A DNA stretch of 5,288 nucleotides from a virus (taxonomy: Duplodnaviria > Heunggongvirae > Uroviricota > Caudoviricetes): IMG/VR virus record IMGVR_UViG_2534682162_000002. The stretch is one strand, 5' to 3'. Made by a program: the position numbers and the translations under genes. The notes below the pieces were generated by a model. It was not told the origin of the DNA. It did not search any database and saw nothing but the letters and a program-made list of their open reading frames with translations. Positions 1 through 5,288 of this stretch are shown in pieces; the stretch's first letter is position 1; each line of letters starts with the position of its first letter.

Positions 1-342
1 CCTGAAGGTGCCTGGCGGGTCACTGTTTTCCCACCACTCCGTCACGTTGATGAGATAGCCGAGCGGCTCCACCACACGCCGGATTGCGCCGATAGTGCCT
101 TTATGACAGTGGATGAAATAGGCATCGCGGATAACGGCGCGTTTTGTCGCTTCCGGCCACTTTTCATCCCACCTGTCGACCGAAAACGCCCACGCCAGCC
201 ACGGCAGCAGATTTGCCGGACAGGTATCCGGGTTCCACAGCTCACGAATACTGACCGGCGTTTTTTCAATTTCCGCACAGGCTTTTGCGGCGGCGACTTC
301 AAGCGGTGATGAGCCGGTCGGCAGCAGTCGCGAATCACTCAT
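1..342 (-). CDS. I: Baseplate assembly protein I, N-terminal 114 codons (3' end lies beyond the window start)
   Basis: Not in the ORF track because it has no in-window stop. Manual translation of the minus strand from ATG at 342..340 gives MSDSRLLPTGSSPLEVAAAKACAEIEKTPVSIRELWNPDTCPANLLPWLAWAFSVDRWDEKWPEATKRAVIRDAYFIHCHKGTIGAIRRVVEPLGYLINVTEWWENSDPPGTFR, open to position 1. This matches my recollection of P2 gpI and sits directly downstream of J as in P2. The start overlaps the J stop (ATGAGTGA). Confidence 0.85.
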   Translation of the reverse strand, partial: MSDSRLLPTGSSPLEVAAAKACAEIEKTPVSIRELWNPDTCPANLLPWLAWAFSVDRWDEKWPEATKRAVIRDAYFIHCHKGTIGAIRRVVEPLGYLINVTEWWENSDPPGTFR

Positions 343-1243
343 CCGAGCCTCCGGTCACGACGCGGTATTCTGTACAGAAAGACGCCTGCGTACTGTTGAG
401 CACAATGTCGGCCAGTGGTGCAGTCAGTTCGACACGCTGCACGCCTTCCACATGCAAGGCGGCATAAATGGCAGACAGACGGATGTCGCGCCCCAGCCGG
501 TGCTGTGCTGTGATGTACGCTTCCAGCTTTTTCACGGCGGCAGCGCGGATGGGTTCGCTTTCGGGACCAGGGTAAAGGTAAAGCGTGGCGTTTATCTGGT
601 ATTCAACAATGGCGGCAGACTGCACGGTCACGCGGTCGGCCACCGGCCTGACGTCCTCGCCATTAAGGGCGTTACGTACCACAGCCAGCAGGTCTTCGGA
701 TGCGACACCGTTATTTTCGCGGGACAGCACAGAGATGGTGACACAGGCCGGAGACGGACTGGTGACAGAGATATCCGCGACACGCCCGTCAGCACTGCGA
801 CCATGATACTGATAGGCTCCCACCGACCCGGCGACGCTTAAGCCCTCAAACGCCTGCTGAATACGCAGACGATAATCAGTGTCAGACTCCATCACTGCCG
901 GTGTCGGCGGAATGGTCGAATCATCTGCCGGGGTGATAATCAGGCGCGTGGTGTTGTAATTGGCACCAATCACATCAAGGTCATTACCGGCGGCACAGGC
1001 CAGCATTACCGCCCGTGCGGCCTCATTCACACGCTGACGCCAGATAAGCTCGCGATAAGCATTTTCCTCCAGCAGTTTGACGAGAGGCTCGGATTCCAGC
1101 GTCAGGGTACGGGCGACCGCCTCCTGCTGGTCTTCCGGGTAAAGGGAAATCAGTGTCGCCTTGCGTTCGGCAAGAATGGTTTCAAAGTCCAGCTCCTCAA
1201 CCACATCCGGTGCGGGTAGCTGGTTCAGGTCGATAATCGGCAT
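335..1243 (-). CDS. J: Baseplate assembly protein J (T4 gp6-like baseplate wedge component)
   Basis: 302-aa ORF in the track (MPIIDLNQLPAPDVVEELDFETILAERKA...). Length and position between W and I match P2 gpJ. Starts 4 nt after the W stop. Confidence 0.93.
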   Translation of the reverse strand: MPIIDLNQLPAPDVVEELDFETILAERKATLISLYPEDQQEAVARTLTLESEPLVKLLEENAYRELIWRQRVNEAARAVMLACAAGNDLDVIGANYNTTRLIITPADDSTIPPTPAVMESDTDYRLRIQQAFEGLSVAGSVGAYQYHGRSADGRVADISVTSPSPACVTISVLSRENNGVASEDLLAVVRNALNGEDVRPVADRVTVQSAAIVEYQINATLYLYPGPESEPIRAAAVKKLEAYITAQHRLGRDIRLSAIYAALHVEGVQRVELTAPLADIVLNSTQASFCTEYRVVTGGSDE

Positions 1244-1247
1244 GGTT

Positions 1248-1595
1248 TCAACTCACAGGGATGGTTAACGAAAGTGGCTGGCCGGTGTCGTTGTGCTGAC
1301 CGGTTAACGTGACCGTCATTCGCCCGTCAAAACTGCGCGCCGTGGTGACGGATGACAGGGTGACGCGGGGTTCCCATTTCAGTACCGCCATGTAACAGGC
1401 GACCTTAATCTGCAACTCAAGCGCCGGGGTCTGCGGCTGGTCAATCATTGACGCCAGCAACGAGCCGTAATCACGACGCATCACCCGTGAGCCGACCGGT
1501 GTGCGCAGGATATCGCCGATACTCTGGCTGATATGCTCAAGGTCAGTGACAGTCAGGCCATCACTGCGATTCATTCCGAGATAACGCGCTGTCAT
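1248..1595 (-). CDS. W: Baseplate wedge protein W (T4 gp25-like)
   Basis: 115-aa ORF (MTARYLGMNRSDGLTVTDLEHISQSIGDIL...). GGGAG Shine-Dalgarno about 10 nt upstream. ATGA start/stop overlap with V at 1592..1595. Size and position match P2 gpW. Confidence 0.93.
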   Translation of the reverse strand: MTARYLGMNRSDGLTVTDLEHISQSIGDILRTPVGSRVMRRDYGSLLASMIDQPQTPALELQIKVACYMAVLKWEPRVTLSSVTTARSFDGRMTVTLTGQHNDTGQPLSLTIPVS

Positions 1596-2227
1596 AGAGG
1601 ACTCCCGGTTGTGCCGCCGCTGTCGCCGGGATGTTTATGGGTATGCAGTACCTTACCGTTTGATGAGAGTTCACCGCCGGTGTGTTCAATGTTGCCGCGC
1701 ATCGTCCCGCCCTTCTGCACTTCCAGCGTGCCGGTAATCAGCTTGTTTGTGCAGACCACCTCCGGTGTGTCCAGGGTGACGCGGGTTGATGCTTTCACCA
1801 TGACCACCGGCACCGTGGCAGTAACAGAATCAGAAGCCGTCACGCTGGCCGTTTTAATTCCGCTTACCGTGAGTGCACTGGTTTCGGGTTCATACTCAAT
1901 CACCGCCCCGTCAGGGAAACGGATATGCAGGGCATCCGCCGACGCAGACGGCGCAGGGTTATCGCCGGAATAAATCCCCGGCAGAACGAACGCCGTGTCG
2001 AGTTCACCGCCAACGGCCAGAATCAGCACCTGTTCCCCCACGGAAGGTGCCCACCATGTGCGCGAACGCCCGGCGCGATGGGTCAGCCACTGAAGCCAGT
2101 CGGTGCACATGCCGCCGGTCTGCACACGGCAGCGACCGGCGTTAAGGTCGGTTTCGACGATAATGCCGGTGCGTATCATGTTGCGCAGTGCGCGCGCGAG
2201 TTCCTGAATATTTGCGAGAGTGTTCAT
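1592..2227 (-). CDS. V: Baseplate central spike protein V
   Basis: 211-aa ORF (MNTLANIQELARALRNMIRTGIIVETDLNAG...). First gene after the only intergenic gap, as for the first gene of the P2 V operon. C-terminal HTHKH motif at residues 195-199. No obvious Shine-Dalgarno upstream of the ATG. Confidence 0.93.
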   Translation of the reverse strand: MNTLANIQELARALRNMIRTGIIVETDLNAGRCRVQTGGMCTDWLQWLTHRAGRSRTWWAPSVGEQVLILAVGGELDTAFVLPGIYSGDNPAPSASADALHIRFPDGAVIEYEPETSALTVSGIKTASVTASDSVTATVPVVMVKASTRVTLDTPEVVCTNKLITGTLEVQKGGTMRGNIEHTGGELSSNGKVLHTHKHPGDSGGTTGSPL

Positions 2228-2339
2228 AACGGGAAGGATGCCGCCGGGTCATACCGGCGGCAATGTGACGATGAGGTGTCAGGAATGGCACAACTAACGG
2301 TCGAGGTGAGCCAGGATAATCTCTTCAATCATCTGCACA
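2228..2339 (-). promoter_or_regulatory. Candidate late promoter region for the V-W-J-I operon (PV-like, Ogr-type activator dependent); exact elements not resolved
   Basis: In P2 the V operon has its own activator-dependent late promoter upstream of V, overlapping the end of S. Two TGT/ACA-type dyads are visible on the minus strand: a perfect TGT-N10-ACA at 2277..2292 and an imperfect TGT-N12-AGA at 2322..2339 inside the 3' end of S. The remembered consensus is TGT-N12-ACA centred near -55. I cannot say which, if either, is functional. Confidence 0.35.
2239..2262. other. GC-rich perfect inverted repeat (9-bp stem TGCCGCCGG / CCGGCGGCA, 6-nt loop GTCATA); function unassigned
   Basis: Read directly from the sequence at 2239..2262. 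It lies in the S-V gap, 11 nt upstream of the V ATG on the transcribed (minus) strand, and is followed in that direction by the pyrimidine-rich stretch UCCUUCCCGUU. Confidence 0.6.
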
Positions 2340-2746
2340 TCCTCACCGGTAAAGCCGAGCAGAGGACGCGCCGGATAATCAATTTTCTTACCGTCTTTCC
2401 GGGTTTCTTCCGACAGACCGAACTGATGCACACTGGCGATTTTCGGCGACTTCCCGCCGTAAAATTCCATTGATGCCTGTTCCGGGCTGGCGCGGATATG
2501 CAAAAAACGACTGGTGATAAGTTTCGCAAACATTTTTCGCTTAACACGACCGGTCTTTTTTCTGGCGCTCTGCTGCTGGCGTGGCGCGTAGGGTGTGCCG
2601 TCCGGGGCTTTCTGTGCCATCACCCGACGCTGCTGACTCTGCCGCAGACGCTTCGCCAGTTCGGCACTCAGTCGTCGACGCCCTGACGGTGACAGCGACT
2701 CAATCAGTCCGGTCAGCCGGTCTTCAAAACGCTTAAACTCATTCAT
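2294..2746 (-). CDS. S: Tail completion protein S
   Basis: 150-aa ORF (MNEFKRFEDRLTGLIESLSPSGRRRLSAELAKRL...). Start overlaps the R stop (ATGAATGA). Last gene before the intergenic gap, consistent with the end of the P2 O operon. Confidence 0.92.
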   Translation of the reverse strand: MNEFKRFEDRLTGLIESLSPSGRRRLSAELAKRLRQSQQRRVMAQKAPDGTPYAPRQQQSARKKTGRVKRKMFAKLITSRFLHIRASPEQASMEFYGGKSPKIASVHQFGLSEETRKDGKKIDYPARPLLGFTGEDVQMIEEIILAHLDR

Positions 2747-3206
2747 CCCACTTGCTCACCAGTTCGCCATTGATATAAAGCTCCATCGGGCGGGTGACCG
2801 GCTCCGGCGGCGGAGGTTCCGGGATATTCTTCACATGCAGTGCGCCGTCAACCTCACTGACCAGCGTGCGCTCGGTCAGCATCAGGCTGATACTGATATC
2901 AAAGCTGCTGTCATTGTTGATGTCCGCATAAAACGTGAAGCCCTTTTTCTGGCCTTCGTCGGTGGTCATGATGTCGGGCTGATTTTCCCGCAGCCACGCC
3001 AGCACCGGCACGATGAGCAGGTCAAAATCACCGGTAAAGTCGGTCACAATGACATTGAGCGTGTAACGCTTTTCGAATGACAACGACGCCGCCAGCGTGG
3101 AGGCAATACTCCCGTTATCCACGAATATCCGCAGCATATCGGGGTTAGTTTTCAACACCGTGACGGCATCAGTCAGCGCCCTGCGCAGGCTGTCGGGTTT
3201 GAGCAT
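2739..3206 (-). CDS. R: Tail completion protein R
   Basis: 155-aa ORF (MLKPDSLRRALTDAVTVLKTNPDMLRIFVDNGS...). AGGA Shine-Dalgarno about 9 nt upstream of the ATG at 3204..3206. The 5' end is overlapped by the 3' end of lysC. Confidence 0.92.
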   Translation of the reverse strand: MLKPDSLRRALTDAVTVLKTNPDMLRIFVDNGSIASTLAASLSFEKRYTLNVIVTDFTGDFDLLIVPVLAWLRENQPDIMTTDEGQKKGFTFYADINNDSSFDISISLMLTERTLVSEVDGALHVKNIPEPPPPEPVTRPMELYINGELVSKWDE

Positions 3207-3459
3207 CGTTTTCGTCCTGACAGTGTTTAATCATTTTTACCTGGCTGGCACAGCGTGCCAGCGCGTTCTCAAGCTGCCGGATATCGGCACTTAAATCGCC
3301 GTTCGTCTCCGGGTCACTGCCCGGCATCGGGCAAAGACTCACTTTCGGGCAGGCGTTGGGGACAATCACTGGCGTCAGTGCAGGCCGGGCGCTGGTGCAA
3401 CCGGCGCACAGCATCAGGCAGGTCAGCACCGTACCAGCGGCGAAAATCTTCGTTTTCAT
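3169..3459 (-). CDS. lysC: LysC, Rz1-like outer-membrane spanin lipoprotein, embedded out of frame in lysB and extending into R
   Basis: 96-aa ORF (MKTKIFAAGTVLTCLMLCAGCTSARPALTPVIVPNACPKVSLCPMPGSDPE...). It has an N-terminal hydrophobic signal-like segment ending in a Cys-containing lipobox-like motif (LCAGC), then a Pro-rich region. It has its own GAGG Shine-Dalgarno about 10 nt upstream. It overlaps lysB by 146 nt and R by 38 nt. Confidence 0.8.
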   Translation of the reverse strand: MKTKIFAAGTVLTCLMLCAGCTSARPALTPVIVPNACPKVSLCPMPGSDPETNGDLSADIRQLENALARCASQVKMIKHCQDENDAQTRQPAQGAD

Positions 3460-3739
3460 TCAGTAACCTCGTGATGGTTTTCTCGCGCTGTGCTTCACGC
3501 TTCGCGGCGTTTTCCAGTTCCTGACGCAGTGCAACCTGCGCCAGCTCGTTTTTATCTGCCCTGGTGAGCGCAACATGAAACTGTTTTTTCAGCATGGTGA
3601 TGGTCATCTGCTGCCCGCTGGCGACATTGTTTGCCCTGTCCAGCGAGGCGCGCAGGCTGGCGTTTTCATGCTTCGCCAGAAACAGCCCCGCCACCGCCAG
3701 TGATAACAACACAACCAGCACAATCATCAGTTTTGACAT
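3314..3739 (-). CDS. lysB: LysB, Rz-like inner-membrane spanin
   Basis: 141-aa ORF (MSKLMIVLVVLLSLAVAGLFLAKHENASLRASL...). Single N-terminal transmembrane segment followed by a charged, coiled-coil-like periplasmic region (ELAQVALRQELENAAKREAQREK). Overlaps the lysA stop by 13 nt. Confidence 0.9.
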   Translation of the reverse strand: MSKLMIVLVVLLSLAVAGLFLAKHENASLRASLDRANNVASGQQMTITMLKKQFHVALTRADKNELAQVALRQELENAAKREAQREKTITRLLNENEDFRRWYGADLPDAVRRLHQRPACTDASDCPQRLPESESLPDAGQ

Positions 3740-4152
3740 GGTTCCCGCCCCTCAAAACGCTGACGGCAGGCCGTACGTATCAGCCGGAAGAACAGCGACG
3801 CCACGAGGTAAATCAGCGCAGTAAAAATCCACCCGGCAGCGACCAGCGAGATAAACGTCGCCACCATCACTACCAGAGCCACTGACCGCCTGCGCCACGG
3901 CACCGGCTGCAAAAACAGCGCCGTGACAATCTTCACGGCCAGCGATTCCGGCGGCAGCTCCCGCCCGTAGCGTTCCAGCACATACTCAGTGGCATACACG
4001 CCGACACCACCGGCAACCACACAGATAACCGTCACCAGAATCGCCCAGGCGGCGACAAAATTGACGGCCACGCTCTGCGGGTAAATCAGGGACAGTGCCA
4101 GCATCAGCGCCAGCGACACGTTCAGCATCAGTGAAAGGGATAATTTCTTCAT
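3727..4152 (-). CDS. lysA: LysA, polytopic membrane protein of the lysis cassette (proposed lysis-timing regulator or antiholin)
   Basis: 141-aa ORF with about four hydrophobic helices (MKKLSLSLMLNVSLALMLALSLIYP..., AAWAILVTVICVVAGGVGVY..., ALVVMVATFISLVAAGWIFTALIYLVASLFF). GGAG Shine-Dalgarno about 9 nt upstream. Lies between K and lysB as in P2. Confidence 0.88.
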   Translation of the reverse strand: MKKLSLSLMLNVSLALMLALSLIYPQSVAVNFVAAWAILVTVICVVAGGVGVYATEYVLERYGRELPPESLAVKIVTALFLQPVPWRRRSVALVVMVATFISLVAAGWIFTALIYLVASLFFRLIRTACRQRFEGREPCQN

Positions 4153-4166
4153 GGTATTTACTCCGT

Positions 4167-4664
4167 TTAAGCCGGTACGCCGCCGGCGGTACGCCAGACG
4201 GTGACCAGTTTTTCCAGTGAATGCTCACGCTGACCGTAACCGGCACCCGGCAGGGACGCCCAGATATTGCGACAGCGTGAAATGGCGCGCTCAATACGTC
4301 CCGCCCGGATGTCATCCAGTGCACCGCGTTCGCGGATCAACTGAATGGCGAGTCTGTCCTGTGACAACGGACTGAAATCCGGCAGGGCAAGCTGTTTGCG
4401 GTAATGCGGCCAGAACAGGTAAAGCTGCTGATAGCGACCGGAGGCCGTGGATTTTTCACCGCGACGGTTAAACACCTTCGCCGGTCGACCATGTGCGAAC
4501 GGGTGGTCACTGTAGTCGGTGAAGATTTCCGGCTTTCCGTCCAGTCCGGTGACTATCACGTCATAGCCCCGGTTTTTCGTCAGCGGATGATTCGCCGTCC
4601 CTTCGGACACGGCCAGCATGTCGAGAAAGGCGGCGATATTCTGATGCGTGTTAATTACCGGCAT
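4167..4664 (-). CDS. K: Endolysin (phage lysozyme/murein hydrolase) K
   Basis: 165-aa ORF (MPVINTHQNIAAFLDMLAVSEGTANHPLTKNRGYDVIVTG...). Directly downstream of the holin with a TAATG stop/start overlap. Size and position match P2 gpK. Confidence 0.92.
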   Translation of the reverse strand: MPVINTHQNIAAFLDMLAVSEGTANHPLTKNRGYDVIVTGLDGKPEIFTDYSDHPFAHGRPAKVFNRRGEKSTASGRYQQLYLFWPHYRKQLALPDFSPLSQDRLAIQLIRERGALDDIRAGRIERAISRCRNIWASLPGAGYGQREHSLEKLVTVWRTAGGVPA

Positions 4665-4945
4665 TACTGTTTCCCCCTGCCCTTAAAACGGCGCTGAATG
4701 GCAATCTCAATCACCTGATAACCGGCGATACCCAGCATGGAGCCGATGCCGCACACCGCAGGCAGCGACAGGTCAGGAAACTGCACCAGAACAACACCGG
4801 CAACCATCGATACAAAACCACCGAGCAACATGCGCCCGATAAACAGACGCGGGGTGATGGGTTCACCACCGGCAAGCACCTTGCCGACAACAATCAGCAC
4901 CCCAATCATGAAAAGCGACAGGACGCTTTTTTCTTCTGCTGTCAT
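4664..4945 (-). CDS. Y: Holin Y
   Basis: 93-aa ORF with three hydrophobic segments (VLSLFMIGVLIVVGKVLAGG, LLGGFVSMVAGVVLVQF, AVCGIGSMLGIAGYQVI) and a charged C-terminus (RRFKGRGKQ), a class I holin-like topology. Immediately upstream of the endolysin. Confidence 0.92.
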   Translation of the reverse strand: MTAEEKSVLSLFMIGVLIVVGKVLAGGEPITPRLFIGRMLLGGFVSMVAGVVLVQFPDLSLPAVCGIGSMLGIAGYQVIEIAIQRRFKGRGKQ

Positions 4946-4948
4946 GCG

Positions 4949-5152
4949 TTACTCCCACAGATTGACAGTTTCAGCCACGGGCGCGGTCTGAACGTCGGGC
5001 AGTTCGACGGCGGTGCCGTGTGGCAGCACCGCACCCAGTTCAGCCAGTCCCGGATTTGCGGCGAGCACGGTCTCAACCACCCCCTCAGTGCGCCCGTAAT
5101 ACCGGACACAAATGGCGTCGAGCGTGTCGCCCTGTAGCGCAAAGGTCTTCAT
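4949..5152 (-). CDS. X: Tail protein X (small LysM-like Phage_tail_X family protein)
   Basis: The track ORF 4949..5221 (90 aa) contains an internal Met giving the 67-aa product MKTFALQGDTLDAICVRYYGRTEGVVETVLAANPGLAELGAVLPHGTAVELPDVQTAPVAETVNLWE, which matches the P2 gpX size. That ATG (5150..5152) overlaps the L stop as TGATG. The longer form would overlap L by about 70 nt, so the shorter start is preferred. Confidence 0.85.
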   Translation of the reverse strand: MKTFALQGDTLDAICVRYYGRTEGVVETVLAANPGLAELGAVLPHGTAVELPDVQTAPVAETVNLWE

Positions 5153-5288
5153 CAGATTTGACTCACGATGCAGCGCGGCTTGTCCTGGATACGCGCCACC
5201 GCCCAGCGCATATCCCGCCACAGCTCATCAATGGTGCTGTCAATGCTGTCGGCCTTCTTGTCGCCTTTCGCACTGGCATCCACACCGC
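5152..5288 (-). CDS. L: Head completion/stabilisation protein L, C-terminal 45 codons (5' end lies beyond the window end)
   Basis: Manual translation of the minus strand from 5286 gives an open frame GVDASAKGDKKADSIDSTIDELWRDMRWAVARIQDKPRCIVSQI ending at TGA 5152..5154, which overlaps the X start. Position upstream of X matches the P2 order ...M-L-X-Y-K. The call rests on synteny and the open frame; I do not recall the P2 gpL sequence itself. Confidence 0.75.
   Translation of the reverse strand, partial: GVDASAKGDKKADSIDSTIDELWRDMRWAVARIQDKPRCIVSQI

Noticed and set aside
42-338. 98-aa minus-strand ORF in the track (MIRDCCRPAHHRLKSPP...)
   Set aside because: It is an alternative frame of the same strand that encodes gene I. 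The other frame gives a protein matching P2 gpI, while this one is Arg/Cys-rich and low in complexity with no recognisable features.
452-841. Plus-strand ORFs 452..841 (129 aa) and 585..806 (73 aa), antisense to J
   Set aside because: They lie entirely inside J on the opposite strand and have Arg/Gly-rich compositions typical of antisense frames in GC-rich coding DNA. No start context or homology supports them.
1533-2473. Plus-strand ORFs 1533..1973 (146 aa), 1873..2145 (90 aa) and 1925..2473 (182 aa), antisense to W, V and S
   Set aside because: They are antisense to well-supported structural genes and have biased, low-complexity composition (runs of R, P and A). The longest crosses the S-V gap only because that gap happens to lack stop codons on this strand.
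2329-3524. Other small track ORFs overlapping S, R and the lysis genes (2329..2547 -, 2498..2686 +, 2835..3080 +, 3097..3294 +, 3255..3524 +)
   Set aside because: They are alternative-frame or antisense ORFs inside S, R, lysC and lysB. Only lysC (3169..3459 -) is retained as a genuine embedded gene, because it has a ribosome-binding site, a signal/lipobox region and the known Rz1 arrangement.
4173-4195. 9-bp direct repeat GGCGTACCG x2 (minus-strand sense) separated by 5 nt, at the 3' end of K
   Set aside because: It lies inside the K coding sequence (encoding ...RTAGGVPA) and is most simply a coincidental short repeat; it is too short and isolated to suggest an att site or a repeat array.
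3594-4324. ORFs 3594..3824 +, 3631..3885 + and 3986..4324 - overlapping lysB, lysA and K
   Set aside because: They are antisense or alternative-frame artefacts. The minus-strand 112-aa ORF 3986..4324 spans the lysA/K junction out of frame and is Arg/Cys-rich.
4404-5142. ORFs 4404..4697 +, 4711..4893 -, 4737..4991 + and 4942..5142 - overlapping K, Y and X
   Set aside because: They are antisense or alternative frames of the holin, endolysin and X genes, with no independent support.
1-5288. Search for tRNA, CRISPR repeats, IS elements or a novel defence or toxin cassette
   Set aside because: No unassigned coding space and no periodic repeats or RNA-like structured regions were seen. All coding capacity is explained by canonical P2 late genes, so claiming a novel system here would not be supported by the sequence.

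Overview
The whole window is one contiguous block of the late (morphogenesis and lysis) region of a P2-type temperate myovirus or prophage (Peduovirus-like, enterobacterial host), with every gene on the minus strand. Reading in the direction of transcription (high to low coordinates) the order is: L (3' end, cut by the window edge), X, Y (holin), K (endolysin), lysA, lysB with lysC embedded out of frame, R, S, a 66-bp intergenic gap, V, W, J and I (5' part, cut by the window edge). Gene order, protein lengths and start/stop overlaps match the canonical P2 map as I recall it; no database search was run. Coding density is about 99 percent and there is no unassigned coding capacity, so I find no moron, defence cassette, RNA gene, CRISPR array or insertion element here. 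The points worth a second look are regulatory or structural details of a known system, not a new one: the S-V gap (expected site of late promoter PV, with a strong hairpin), the embedded lysC spanin gene, and a His-x-His-x-His motif at the tip of the V spike. Most ORFs in the supplied track other than those listed are alternative-frame or antisense artefacts of the real genes.
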